Source: the human T2T-CHM13v2.0 reference genome, Homo sapiens
Length of the DNA: 64,000 nucleotides
Strand: one strand, 5' to 3'
Assembly (NCBI RefSeq): GCF_009914755.1
Contig: NC_060929.1
In this document: piece after piece, positions 37,050 to 53,195 of the stretch
How positions within the stretch are numbered: the first letter of the stretch is position 1
Layout: the number at the start of each line of letters is the position of its first letter
Program-made: the position numbers and the translations under genes
The notes under the pieces: generated by a model
Told to the model about the DNA's origin: nothing
Seen by the model: only the letters and a program-made list of their open reading frames with translations
Databases searched by the model: none

Positions 37050-38460
37050 AGGCAAAATATGCTAGTACCAGCCAGAAATGAACTGCTATATAATGTAGTT
37101 ATCTCAGGGGTATACTTGGAGAGCACTCCTTTGGCTATGTCTTCAGATGATATATCTGGAGGGGCTAGAAAAAAGAAATGGCAAGAAGTATGAATGTGAA
37201 CTGATTCGTGAATAGTAGCAAAAATTTGGATGGAATGGTCTAATAATCTGAAGAAACAGGACTTGAACACATTTTAAGTATGGTAGTCTCAGAATTGGCC
37301 CAGAGCATAAGAATATGTGTGTCCTATATGAATTATTCATCAAGGGCACAGACTGAAGACAATGCTTTCAATAATCAGATGTTCAATATGACACACTCTA
37401 GGGATGTTTGCAATCTGCTCTCCCATTACTTCACTGCTTATTTGCTCAAAAGTTAATGAGAAAAATGGCCACAGAAACCAGGCTGGAAGTTATATGTTTG
37501 CTCAACAACCTTGTCTTTCCCTCACTAAAGCTGATCTGGCGCACCCACTGCTGAGTGCCTAGTCTATTATCAGGAGCAAAAACTGACCCTTTCTCATGAG
37601 GTTAGGGGAGCATGACAGACAGTCATGTCATTATGGATGGGACAAAAATTTGCCCCCACAGGAATAAATATTTATCCCAAATGTGGATTTCTCTTTTTTG
37701 GACAATGTGACAGCCCCAAATGCCTTATTTGCCATCATTTTATCCCTTTTACTTTGCCTTTAACAAAGAATGTTTATGGTGAAAAAGTGAGAAAACAGGC
37801 TGATTACTTAGGAAATCATTACAACGTGGTGCAACTGTCAATAAATCTTAGGTGTGACACTGGCTGGGTGACAACAACTTGCAAATTTGAAGAGCTATTC
37901 TACAGGATGCTTTATGAGCTCCAAATCAACAACATTATCTGGTTTTTCTTTTTTCCAAAGTCAGAATATAGCAACTTAGAGCACAGTACTATTTCTCTTA
38001 GGAACACTCTTGAAAAGATTTTGCTTTCATTTTTCTCTAGTTATGCTTTTGGCTGATTAGAATTCTTGGTTTCCAAGGGACAAATGCTTAACAAGGGCAC
38101 AAAATAATCCATTGACCTGGATGCTGAGGCTGCCAGCTGGCCTTTGGGGCTCCTCATGTTCCAGTACCAATGAGCAAAGGAGACTGATAAAGTATCTGTG
38201 GTGACTGATCTTAGAGTGGGTGTGACTGATGTTTCTACAAAAAAGGGGCAGCATAAACTATGTCTAAAACCAGGAGTTTCTCTGAGAGGGGATACCTCCT
38301 AGCACTTCCACATCCAGCTGAAAAGGTTCATTAAAGTTTCAAACCAATCAACACAATAAAAATGACCATGGCTCATCCCCCATTGAGAGAAAAGTACAAC
38401 ACTCAATCAAACAAAGCTGAAGAACATGGAAATTATAAATACCAACTATGACCTCACGAA
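37050..38460 (+). mobile_element. Degenerate ERVL internal region (RNase H, integrase and dUTPase remnants)
   Basis: gctcaacaaccttgtctttccctcactaaagctgatctggc...actgctgagtgc reads AQQPCLSLTKADL...TAEC, resembling the ERVL integrase N-terminus AQQHGLPLTKADLATATAECP. ctgaggctgccagctggcc...gggctcctcatg resembles ERVL dUTPase LRLPPGHFGLL. Frameshifted and full of stops. Confidence 0.65.
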
Positions 38461-38759
38461 CAACAGTAGAAACAACTAGAGCAACCACCCATGGTTGTTA
38501 GTTTATGTTTTTGTTATTTGTATTTTATGTATATTAATCTATTTTTCTTGTTCTTCTTTTTCCTTACTATTATTTCATTAAAATGGGTTGGTAGTGGTTA
38601 CATTTATAATTTTATCCTTAGTTTTCAGAATATTAGAGTAGGGCTATAATTAAATTTCGATGACTAAAAACACTTAGCTAGAGATGTAGTTACTAATGGG
38701 ATGACGAATGTATTTGGATATTTAGGAAAGTAGTAGCTTTGTAGATGAGTTTTTCTCAA

Positions 38760-39170
38760 TGCAAAAACATTTAAAAGGAGGCAACTTTAAAAGATGAAGC
38801 ATGCAATCTTAAATAAAGATATAATTTTCTAACATCTTTACTCACCCACTATCACATCACCAAAATACATAAAGCAAAAACATTAGTAGAAAGTCACAAC
38901 GGTTGTAGGTGAATTTAAATAAACTGTCAGTTATGATTGATGAGGTAGACCAAAATATGTAAGAGTGCATGTAATATAATAAATCATACAGTTGACCTAA
39001 TCAATATATCTCAAACACAATACCCTGACAACAGAGAACACTTTTTCTTTATATACTCCCATGAAATTCTTCAAGAATTGATTATTTATTAGGCTACCAA
39101 GAAAACCTCAGCAAAATCAAAAAAGTGGAAATCATGTAGATCATATCGATTTGCTTTCCAATATAATCGA
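38760..39170 (+). mobile_element. Old L1 ORF2 endonuclease-region remnant
   Basis: aaaatacataaagcaaaaac...gttgtaggtgaatttaa...ttgacctaatcaatatat...caacagagaacac...ttaggctaccaagaaaacctcag. Confidence 0.6.
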
Positions 39171-40177
39171 AATATTTGCTTTTGTTTCACAATCATGTAA
39201 CTCCCAGTTTTTCTTTTAGAAATCATTTTGCTGTTAAAGCACTTAATAGAGAACTTGGAGAAAAAGAATGGAAATGCTTATGAGGAAATTGCTTCTGGCT
39301 TCTACACTGGAAAGAGTAGAGTCAACTTGCTGCATATTTTCCCCCCAGGGAATAAAAATCTTACATTTCTACTCTTACTTAAAACAAACAGAACCATTTA
39401 CAAATCTTTCATTTTTCTCTTAATAAGCTTTCAGCTCAATTCAGGCCAGTACTAACAAGCAGAACTTTCCCTTGGGAAAGATATCTGAAAAAAAAAAGTT
39501 ACTTTATTCTATTTTCCTTCCAAATTACTTTACTCATTATAAACCAGGTCTCAGAATATCCTAGACTAAATCAAACAGCCCTCTGTAATAAAGACGGAGC
39601 ATCCCAGCTACTAAGGTGAAGCAGATAAAAGAAAGAAGAGTTTACTCAAGTTCCCCAAATTTCAATATATTTGAAAAGTTATTGATGACCCTCAATATTC
39701 TAGGTTACCCAAGTGGACAGAAAATATCTCTTTATATATTTGATTTCCCCACAAATTGTTCATACTTTATTTCTCTAAACATACTCTTTTTAAAAAATCT
39801 AGTAACGTATCTTGTTTCTATGCAATAATACGTAAATGTTTATCATTCAGTACTTATATGCTTATATTGTTGTTTTGTATAATCTCATGACTCAAAGATA
39901 GAGCAATGTAATATACAAAAGAAACCATGTATGAATGTGAACTTCAGTGCAAGCATCAGTGTAATAAGCAGCTCAGGAATAGTACCAAATGCCTTAGGAA
40001 TTTGATCTTTCTGCAAATATTTATTGAGGACATACTAAGTGTCAGGGACCATTCCAGGTGCCAAGGATAAAGCAATGGACACAACAGTGTAGGGGAAGTA
40101 ACAGAAAAGCAAAACATGCAAGTATGAAATATGTCAGAGTATATTACTTGTATGTGCTATGAAGAAAATAAAGCAGG

Positions 40178-40776
<599 letters not shown>

Positions 40777-41739
40777 CTATCTTACCCATGATAGTATGGG
40801 AAGGTCTCTAAGAGGGCAACAGTTGAGCAGAGACTTGAGTAAGCAAGAGTTGATTCACAATGATGCACGGGGTAAGAATATCTTTGGCAAAGAGAACAGC
40901 AAGTGTAATATCTCAAGGTGGGTGTGTACTTGACGTTGGAGGACCAGCAAAGAGGCACATGTAGTGGTAAAGCAGCAGTGGGTATGGAAAGTGGTAAGAG
41001 ATGAGGCCTTGGAGGTAGTGAGGTGCCAGGCCATGTAGGGCTTGTGCCAGTTAATGACATTGGCTTTAACTGTTAGAGAGATGGGGAGACTTTGGAGATC
41101 ATAAGCAAAGCAGTAATATAATCTGACTTAGATTATAAAAGATTACAGAAAATCTCAAATATGTGGGAGCATAGATACTTCAAATTTGGCTGAATGCTGT
41201 CACATTCAGTGGAAAAAAATCTATAAAAGACAGAAAAAACAATATAAATAATGTGTGGCCCGTAGCTGCTGAACAGAACTGATAAAAAATATTGAAAAAT
41301 GTGCAGTAACCAAAGTCCTGATTCTAGGGCTGGAAATCAGAACTACAGAAGTGGAGTTTGTGGTGACGCCCTATTATAGGATGTTCTGGCATGAGTTCCC
41401 AAGCGGGACCAATCAGGGGGTTTTACTTCCTAAATCTTCCAATAAAGACATATTCGATCAATCAGCTACATACACGAGCAGATGGAGGACTAATTTAAAA
41501 AATAAACTTGGATAGGACATGGAGCCTAATATAGGTGAAATTATTGTGTGTGGTTGATGAAACCCAGGAAAATAAAGGGGCCTTATCTTATTAAAGCTGT
41601 CACCTTAGGTCAGGCTGGGGACATCTCTCTGTAACTTTCTCCAGCATCCCCACACTGTATACAACTTGGGAAATAATTTTGTTCTATATTTGCATTCCCA
41701 CATTTCTACATATATTTTTCTGGTTTTCTATATATTTTG

Positions 41740-41890
41740 CAATAATGCATTACAGTTATTTACCGATATGTCTCTCTTCCTCACTAACTTGTGAGCAGTT
41801 AGATACTAGGTATCATGTCTTTTTCATCTTTGCATCTCACAGTCACTAGGACAGCATTTGGCATGTAGGATTTACCAAGTAAATAGTAAT
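41740..41890 (+). mobile_element. L2 3' end fragment
   Basis: tgtctctcttcctcactaacttgtgagc...tcatgtctttttcatctttgcatctc...acagcatttggcatgtag. Confidence 0.6.
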
Positions 41891-42494
41891 TTAAATATAT
41901 CTCTGGAAACAAGGAAGCATGTATAACTTTTTCTTGCTCTATCTAATTTTTAAAAAATCATCCTCTTAGTTTCCCACTCCTAATTGGAGAAGAATCTCTC
42001 TGTTGGCTTTTCATTTTTGTCATTATGGAGGATTTATAGGTTTGATTTTCCCAACATTTTGAATGTGAGAACTAAGATTTCACAATGAAAGTTAAGCTTT
42101 CAATTAACAAAGAAGAAAGAGAAAGGCATCTTGGTCTGCATAAATTTAAAGTCACTTGATTAAAAATGTATATATATATATATGTGTGTATACATATATA
42201 ATGATATTGAAAAGATAGAACTACAAAATAAATCTATAGCACATCCAATTAATAGTTATATTGTAAGTTTTATTTAGCACTTACTCCATGACAGAACTGT
42301 TCTAAGTTCTTTATAGGCTTTTTATTAAACTTCTTCACAATATTATTTTCAATTATATGTGTCAATTAATTTGGATGTAGAGAAGAAATAGATAATTTTC
42401 TACCAAAATGGACATAATAATTTCTATTTTCTGGATTGAAAAGGATGGTATGAGAATTTGGAAAGCTAGTCAGACATGTAACTGCCAGCTTTTA

Positions 42495-43090
42495 ACTAGA
42501 CCCAGAAAAGTGAGTTTTACTCAATTTCTAGTGAACGGATAATAATTCCTAATTCAAACTGTTCTGATAAAGAAAACAATTGAAAGGTTTTCAAATTATT
42601 TTACGAAGCAAACAAAAATCAGGCAAGGACATCACACAAACTGAAAACTACTCTTAATTTCATGTATGGAAACATCTGTAGATACCCTAAATTCATGCAA
42701 GAGATATCCACAGAATATGAGGAGCAAATGTGTTTAACTGTAGAAATTTAAAGATGGCTCATTATTAGGAAATTTGTTACTATAATTGGCTATATTATCA
42801 ATGTAAAAATATTGATTATATGGGAAGATTAATAAAAACTGATGAAATACAGTAAGTTTTAACTTAGCAAGTTAAAAGTAGAAGGTAACTGCCTTTATAA
42901 ATGGTGCTCTGCCAGATATCTACAACAAACACTCTAACTAGACATAAAGCATTTGAAATATTTCCATCAAAGCTAGGTATAAGCAATGAACACGGCTATT
43001 GTACCACATCATATTGCCTTGTAGCCACTGCAGCAAGACAAGAGAAAATGATGAGGTAAAAATATTGGTATAAAAATATTTCACTGCTGA
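42495..43090 (+). mobile_element. Old L1 ORF2 (RT-region) remnant
   Basis: ataattcctaattcaaactgttc...aggcaaggacatcacacaaactgaaaacta...gccactgcagcaagacaagagaaa. Confidence 0.5.
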
Positions 43091-44242
43091 AAGTTTTTAA
43101 AGTTATTATCTAATCCACATGTCACCAAAGTAAAATATGGAAGCGTGAATATTAATATCCACCTTATACTGTTTTAAAATATACTTGAAGAATTTTTTCC
43201 TGTAAAGCTTTTAGCAGAGTCTTACATAAAATAAGTACTCAATTACCTATCATCAACATTATCATCATTATCATCACCATTTACTCCCTGAGCCTGCGAA
43301 GTTAAAGGCACAACCAAATCCATGACAATTTGAATACATTTAAAAGGTTTGATCTGCAACTCCTAGTTAAAGGAGGAGATTGAACATATTCCTTATTAAA
43401 AGCATAAACTCACAAAGACACGGAGGATGAAAGAAGAGAGAAATAATAAAAATTACTTAAACAATTACTTAAAGATTAAAGTAGGTAAAAAAGTTAAAAT
43501 TACTTAAATAAGAAACATTTAAGCAAAATAGAAAATTCTCCCAAAATTTGGAGTTATTGGCTCTAAGAACCTCTAGAAGAGATGAGAGGTGTAGAACTGA
43601 GTTAAGGAGACTTAGCAGTCTTTTTTAAAGAAGATTTATAGATCCCCTCCCCTTCCCCTCCACCCCTCCATACTCCCCACAAGATGCTGGATAGTTTTTA
43701 TTTGGGGGGGTAATTTACTTGGGAGATATCACCAGACACCACCACCAGATTCATGGTAAAACCTTAATGTCCAGGGTAAAAAAGAATATAATTTTAACAA
43801 TTTTTTCCATATGTAAAAAAGGAGTACTACTGTGGAATGCATTTATGTAATTTTTAAGTTAAATTATTGTCTAAGTATTTAAAAGCATTGACAGATGTGG
43901 GTATCTATGAATGCAGAAGAAATGGTGAATCTGAAACCACAAATAATATTTTCTTAATTTAATTCTCCCCAGAAATACTACTCATCAGCATGTTGAAGGT
44001 TTAGCTGATAATTTCCAGAACAAATTGCATGGGAAAGTTGAATCATTTGTGGGTTTTTTGTATGGTGAGTATTAGAATCCAGATATAGACATCTAGATAA
44101 TAGTATTTATTGGGAGAGAATTTTTGCATGATTAAAAAATTTATACATGATGCCTATGACAATTGCAGTATTAGGAACTGATTAAATCTTTTTATTTGGG
44201 GAGTGTCTAAAATCTCAGTTTCTACTTTTATTATGACTGCTT

Positions 44243-44750
44243 CTTTTTTAACTTTTAATTTAAGTTCAGGGGTACATGTGCAGGGTTTGAAAAATAGGTA
44301 AACTTGTATCGTGGGGGTTTGCTGTACAGATTATTTATACCAGCCATGTATTAAGCCTAGTCCCCACGAGTTACTTTCCTGATCTTCTCCCTCCTCCCAC
44401 CTTCCACCCTCCAACAGACCCCAGCATGTGTTGTTCCTCTCTATATGTCCATGTGTTCTCATCATTTAGCTCCCACTTATAAGGAAGAAGATGCAATATT
44501 TGGGTTTCTGTTCCTGTGTTAGTTTGCTGAGGATAATGGTCTCCAGCTCCATCCATGTCCCTGCAAAGGACATGATCTCATTCCTTCTTATGGCTGCATA
44601 GTATTCCATGATGTGCATGTACCACATTTTCTTTATCTAGTCTATCATTGATGGGCATTTAAGTTGATTCCATGTCTTTGCTATTGTGAATACTGCTTCA
44701 ATAAACATACATGTGCATGTATTTTTATAATAGAATGACTTATAGTCCTT
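44243..44750 (-). mobile_element. L1PA (older, ~PA13-16) 3' fragment
   Basis: ttaagttcaggggtacatgtgcagg...ctcccacttataag...gtttgctgaggataatgg...ggctgcatagtattccatg. Confidence 0.85.
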
Positions 44751-44984
44751 GATTTAACCTTTGTTTTGGAAAGAATCATAAATTTTAATGAAAAACTGGT
44801 CAAAATTGGTAAGAGTATCTACAAATATTGTAGCCAACGAATGGTCCTTCTAACACTGTATCTGTTACAGAACTTTTATGTAAATGGACAACATTTTACA
44901 ATGTTGAATGAACATAGATTAATTAAATCATTCTACAGGATGGAATTGTTCAAAAGCTCAAAGTGAAACCCTTCACATATCATA

Positions 44985-45430
44985 CAAGATTCTCTCAGCT
45001 GCAAGGAATAGAAAATTTCCATTTCAATTGGCTTAAAAATAGGAAAAATATTAATGTTACATGCAGAAAGTCCAGAGAAAGAGGTTTCAAAGTTGGTGGC
45101 TTTAGTATCTCAATGTCTCATTAAATATCATAGGAATCCTCAATGCCAGTTTCATACTCAGGCTTTAGCAAGATGCCTGATGGATGTAGTGCTGAACACA
45201 ATTTTTAAAACACTTTAATATCCAGAGGAAGATGAGAGACCTTTCCTGGAACCAATCACTGGAAAGGGGAAATACATTTAAACCAGTGTAGCCTGCCCTG
45301 AAAGCTTGAAGTTGGGTCATCTTCCTCTGAGATACATGGAGAGGAGATTTTCTAGAAAAAAAAAAAAAAATCAAAGTTCTATCAAGACAGAAAAAAGGAA
45401 ATAAATGCTGGGTAAGAACAGACATTGTTG
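44985..45430 (-). mobile_element. Old MaLR LTR (MLT1K/L-like)
   Basis: gctgcaaggaatagaaa...tggcttaaa...gaaccaatcactgg...aaatgctgggtaag. Confidence 0.5.
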
Positions 45431-46647
45431 TCTTAGATGTGTTTTCTTGGCTTGAACTGGAGACAGTTTAGTCTTGATTGATGAACTGCAAGCACAATAT
45501 GTGGTTGGCACTACTAAAATGAGGTTAGGTGGTTTGGTATGAAGTGGTGCTGAATCCTTTTATGGAAATTTTTAAAGAGTGAAAATCAGCTAACTGATGA
45601 AGACTGGATCAAAAACATTTGGATGAACATTATTATAGCCTTGAATATTATAGCCATTGAATTCCTTTGAATATTTCTTGGCAAGGACTTCAAAAGAATT
45701 TACACCAACATATGCTTTGATTTGCACATTCCTAGTGAGACTGTGACTCAGAAATTTATTTGGCAGAGCACACACTGGTCTTTCTGGAGTTGAAGTTCAT
45801 TTTCAAAATGAAAGCAATGGTCTCAGCCAAGTTCTACAATTTTGAGATTAAGATCCAATTTTCAAAACAAGGATTTCTTTGATTTTAAATTTCATGAAAA
45901 TAAATTACCATTTCCCAGTTCATTTTCTCTTAAAAATTTGACAGCGTGAATGAAAAACTGCAAGTGGATGCTGTTAAATTATAAGACTACCTAATACTGC
46001 AACTAAATGGGGCAATATTAGAAATCAGAATTCTACAAATATCTTAGCTGCTTCCCTAAACATACAAACCAGTCAGCAAGATTTTATCCGTGTTCATGAG
46101 TACCTGTATTTGTGTACTACTGTATTCAACTAAGAAACTGCTTAAAAACAAACATTGCTCTAAGTTAAAGGATCAAAACTAAAATAATTTCTGATTTTCA
46201 TATTTTGGTGCAATAGAAATATGTTAGATTTCAGATTGCAAATCAAAGTAGTAACATGTCGGTAAGGAAAAATTAAAGAATATTTAAGAATTAAATATTT
46301 ATATATTTAAAATTACAATGTCTAATGTTACTTATGCTTTCTTTTGCTAAATGTTTACACTGAGATTATATTTATGGTAGCTGGAATTTTTTTCCATATG
46401 CTCTGATTTTTGCAATTGAATTATCTGCCTGTAGATATTTTCCTTGTGTCTCTGTTTTAGATCTAAATGAGTTATTTTGTCTTAAAACCAGCCAAAAACT
46501 GTATGTAGGACTGTCAAATGATTCTGCCTTGATCTTTTGAGGATTGGCTTTTTAATCCCAGGACTGTGTTGAGGCTACTTCTTTAGTGATTTACAGTTAT
46601 ATTTTGTGATGGAACTACTTTCATTTAGTTCTATTTATTACCGGATT

Positions 46648-46840
46648 TGATAGTTAATTTTGTCAGTTGTCTGAGCCACAAGATGTGCAGATACTCAGTT
46701 AGATGTTATTCTAGGTGTGTTTCTGAGGGTGTTTCTGGATGAAATTAACATTTAAATTGGTAGACTGAGTAAAGCAGGTTGCCCTCCCTTATGTGAATGA
46801 GCTCCATCCAATCCATTCAATCCCTTGAAGACCCGAACAG

Positions 46841-46873
<33 letters not shown>

Positions 46874-47170
46874 GTAAGAAGGAATTTTCTCCGGCCTGAG
46901 TGTCTTGAGCTGGAACGTCAGTTTTTTCCTGCCTTTGGACTCAAACAGAAACATCTGCTCTTCCTGGTTCTCAGGTCTATCAGCTTTTGAACTGGAACCT
47001 ACCATTGGCCCTCCGCAGTGTCTAGCTTGCTGACTGTAGATCTTGTGATTTGTCAGCCTTCATAATCATATCAGCTAATTCCTCCTAATAAATCTCTTTC
47101 TATACATCCCCCCAACACATACACACACATCCTATTGTTTGTGTTTCTGTGGAAAACCTTGATGAATACA
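46648..47170 (+). mobile_element. MLT2 (B/C/D-like) ERVL solo LTR with an internal A run (46841-46868)
   Basis: tgatagttaattttgtc...gagggtgtttctggatgaaattaacattt...gactgagtaaagcag...cctattgtttgtgtttctgtggaaaaccttgatgaataca. Confidence 0.8.
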
Positions 47171-47291
47171 TACACTGGAAACCAGATTTATTATCCCCTT
47201 GCTTTCAGCAAAAATTACATTAGGTAGATGATTGCTTTCATGCTTATTCTCTTGACTTCAACTGGGCCCAACATTTCTGAATAGTCTATTA

Positions 47292-47395
47292 AAGCATTAC
47301 TTCTCAAATTTGGGGATCATTGTTAAAATGCAGTTCTGGTATAGTAAATCTGCATTTCTAGCAAGCTGTCAGCTGATACCAATGCTGCTCAATAG
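47292..47395. mobile_element. MER5-like hAT-Charlie fragment
   Basis: ttctcaaattt...ttgttaaaatgcag...aatctgcatttctagcaagct...gctgat...tgctgct. Confidence 0.45.
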
Positions 47396-48596
47396 TAAGG
47401 TGTCTGAGAATTGTGTTTTCACAAACAATTCACTTACCCCTAAACTTTGACAATATATTGAAGATCATTTTCTGGAGCCTTTGTCTACAGAATTGCCTCT
47501 TGACATCTCAACACAAAAGTTACCTTAAATGAGACTGTATCTTTCAGAACCATCTATTGCCATCTAATGATAGTTTAGAAGGCAGTGAAGACTTATTAGG
47601 AAGGCATACCATACTCATGGAATAACTGTATCATACTTTCAAAGAAAATTATCAAAACTGATTTCTAGCAGTTTCCACAGATATTTATGACTTCTCCAAT
47701 TCAATTAAGTTAAATATTTTAACATTTTCATTTGCTCCCCTCACTTTATATTCATTTACCACATGTGGCATAATGAAATAAACATAGGCTTTGGAGTGAG
47801 ACACAACTTCTTTCAAAGTTGTGATTTCAAAGATTTCAAAGTAATCTAAATTCTTTGGACTTCAATTTAATTATCTATCAACTGAAATACACTCCTCATT
47901 ACCAAGTGAGTCTTCTTTTTATTTGAAGCTCCTATTAAAAGTATAAATCTACAAAGCAGAGGCAAGAGGTTGTAGAAAACTTTAGTTGTTTTTATTTCAT
48001 CATGGAATTACCAAATCCATGGAAATAAGGAAATGTCTTAGACCCAACCTGACTTAGAGAAGATGTCCTAACAAGTACTCTTTTACTACAGTATAATTCC
48101 TTAATTCTTCTTTCACTCATTACTTCACCCTCTCAAACAACATTATAACCACCTAAATCTACATGAGGGGAACATATGGGAGGAAGAAGAAATGGTTCCT
48201 TCTGAAACCTTTCCAGAAGATTGTTGCTATTTATGTTTTTTTCTGGGGACTTCTGTTGTATCTGATTCCTGTTGGAATCACAACACTTTATAATTTTCAG
48301 CATCTGCTCACAATGTTTGAAAAATTATGGCTTGTTAGATATCCTGATGCCTTAAGTCATATCTCAGAAATCTATTTCAGTACTATTCCTCACTATAATT
48401 AATATTGTTTAAAACAATAGAGATGTCTTTGAAATTTAAAAATATAAGAAATATTTTTAAAGAAGAATAAATTAAGGAAACAGATATTTATACAAAGACA
48501 CAGTGTGTTTTTCTGTCTAGCTAACAAATTCTAACTGTATGTATAATTTTTGTTTTATACATATATAATCTTTGCTATAAAAATGTACAATTGCTT

Positions 48597-50359
<1,763 letters not shown>

Positions 50360-51833
50360 AAAATGTACAATTGCTTCTGTCTGAGTATTCTAGAAAGTAG
50401 AGCTGGAGATAAAGATAACATTGGCAATAACTGGGGGGTTGAGGTGGGGCAAATACAAAGCCTAAGGTATTAAGAGCAAGGGAAAATGGGAATGAGGTAA
50501 AAGATATAATGTGATACTGATGGCAGGTCACAAGCCAGATTTGTTTACTTGGTCTATAGGGCTTCTATGGAAGAAATACAAAAGGAATTATACTTAGAGT
50601 AATCTATAGAAAGTATTATTTAAAGGCAATTTGTCTCTTTAATTCCTTCCTCTTTCCCAATTCCCATTGGTCAAGATTTACCACAAGAGAGGCTAAGTGT
50701 TCTCTGGATTGCATCATTCGGCCCTCTATCAACCATTCAAGAGACAAAGACCCATACCCTGCTGTGTGATGTTTAATATAAGTCTGAAAACAGCAGGGTC
50801 CAGGTGGAACACTGATGAAACAGAGAAAAAAGGAAACTTTCTTTTCTCCTGCAGCAGGAGGCTGCAGGAAACCTACTACGAACTTTACATTCGAATATCC
50901 AGGTACTATAGATTCGGTTTTGCATAGCAATGTGTATAGCAGTCTAGTAACTTATCCAGGGTTTTACTTAAAATCAGGTTTTTAAATAATAAATCTTAAT
51001 GCCATTTGCTTACCAGTCTTAATATTTTCATTACAACAAATGCATTGATAAAGTATCTACATGATTTCAAGGGGTAATTTTACTTAAAATGTGTTCTGCA
51101 GAGAAGTATGGAAATCTACTTTTGGTTTGCAATGTATGGCAAATAAAAGTAGTTTTAAAATCCTTTACATAAGAATGATGAAAGTCCTTTCAAGTATGGA
51201 GTTTATTATCTGGCAGGTAGATATTTGTGGAGGTTCATACATCAGCATAGGTAATGTGGTAATGTAGAACACAAAAGCTAACCTTGAGGTTTTGTTTCTG
51301 GGGTTTGTTTATTTGTTTGTTTGTTTTTTAAGAAAATGATCAAACAGAATGGCAGATAGGACCACATTAACGAAGCTTTCAACCTATCTAAAGTCTATGT
51401 CATTTTAATATTTATAAAACATCTGGCTGAATATATTTTGGATACTATTCGGATTCTTGATGAACTAGCCTCAGAATTTAATAGGCATGTGTGTTTGTGT
51501 TTTCAAAAAAAAGGTTTAGATTGAAGGACTGGATTGTCACTGTATTTCAGATAGTGATCACAGTCCACAAGACAGCTCTGAAAAATAAAATAAATGATGT
51601 AATGCAGTGAGACAGACAATCAGTATCTATTATGTGATTAAGGAATGAAACTGTTTTCAAGAACAAATCAGAACTTTTTGAAAAATGTATTAGAGATACA
51701 AACTTTTATGAAATAAAATATATAGAATTAGAACCGCTGATAGTACTGTCACATACCAGCTGGGAGAATATTTCTGCCAACTTTGGAATATGCTCAAAAA
51801 TAAATAGCTCTAACTTTAGAAAAAGAAATTTCA

Positions 51834-52131
51834 GGCCGGGCATGGTGGCTCATGCCTGTAATCCCAGCACTTTGGGAGGCCGAAGCGGATGGATCACGAG
51901 GTCACGAGATCGAGACCAGCCTGACCAACATGGTGAAACCCCATCTCTACTAAAAATACAAAAAATTAGCTGGGCGTGGTGGCACGCGCCTGTATTCCCA
52001 CCTACTCGGGAGGCTGAGGCAGGAGAATTGCTTGAACCTGGGAAGTGGAGGTTGTAGTGGGCCGAGATCGCGCCACTCACTCCAGCCTGGTGACGGAGAG
52101 AGACTCCGTCTCAAAAAAAAAAGAAAAAAAA
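51834..52131 (+). mobile_element. AluSc-like
   Basis: ggatcacgaggtcacgagatcgagacc; perfect TSD agaaaaagaaatttca at 51818-51833 and 52132-52147. Confidence 0.93.
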
Positions 52132-52644
52132 AGAAAAAGAAATTTCAAACATTTGAATTTAGTGTTCATCCTGGGTAGAGCAAATATATGAGCTTTATTC
52201 TACCAAGGAGTTTAGAAAATTAATCACATGATCTGCTTCTAACAGAATGGCAGATTTGGTTGAGGAAACTCACAACAGAATGTACTTTTAAGGAAGAGGA
52301 AAACTCTGAAATGTAAAGGAACTGGTGAGAAATAAAATAGAAAATGTATGTGAACCTAAATAAACATCATATAAATGCAGACAAAAGAACTAAAATTCAA
52401 AACAACAATGGCATGTATGCTAGGTGGGGCATGATTAGAGTTAACAGAGAAAGAAGAAGGATTGTCTTAAGAGTCATGTATTATTCTGAAAAAAGGTTAA
52501 TAAATTGTTCAATATTATAATTTTTTCATAAAGTTAAAGGATAAAGATAAAAGAAGTATACGATGTACATTTCTAAAACAGTAAAGAGAAAAGTAAAAAC
52601 AGTAATATGAATAATAGGACAAATAGGAAAAAAAATAACATAAG

Positions 52645-52723
52645 TGATAAGGTTTGGCTGTGTCTCCACCCAAATCTCATCTTGAATTGTACTCCCATAA
52701 TTCCCATGTGTTGTGGGAGGGAT
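52645..52723 (+). mobile_element. THE1 LTR 5' fragment (~80 bp)
   Basis: tgataaggtttggctgtgtctccacccaaatctcatcttgaattgtactcccataattcccatgtgttgtgggaggga. Confidence 0.8.
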
Positions 52724-52981
52724 CTTGACATATTTGACTCCATGTTTAACAATGCTGTGAACTTAGAAGAATTGTTAAAGGAAGCCTAGCAAGTAGGTCA
52801 AATGTGTGTGTAGGTGAAAGTGTGATAGTGACCTCAGGTATTAAGACAGCAGCTTGAAAATTGCAAGAACCTAAAGATGAAGTAGGTAAATGGATCATGA
52901 GAAGGGACTTTTAAAAGAATGAGGAAGAGCCTTTTTGGTTTGTACTTTTCCCACTAAAACATCAGGAAGAGAAGGTACAAA

Positions 52982-53195
52982 ATGATGACTACGGTTAATG
53001 ACAATGTATTGTATTCTTGAAAAATGCTAGGAGAGTGGATGTTAATTGTTCTCACCACAAAACTGATAACTAAATGAGGTAATGCACGATATTAGCTAGA
53101 TTTAATTATTCCACAATGTACATATACTCCAAAACATCACGTTATACATGATAAATACATATAATTTTATCTGTTGATTTAAAAATTACATTAAA
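52982..53195 (+). mobile_element. L1MA-type 3'UTR fragment
   Basis: gactacggttaatgacaatgtattgtattcttgaaaaatgctaggagagtggatg...gttctcaccaca; same family as 6513-6903. Confidence 0.75.
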
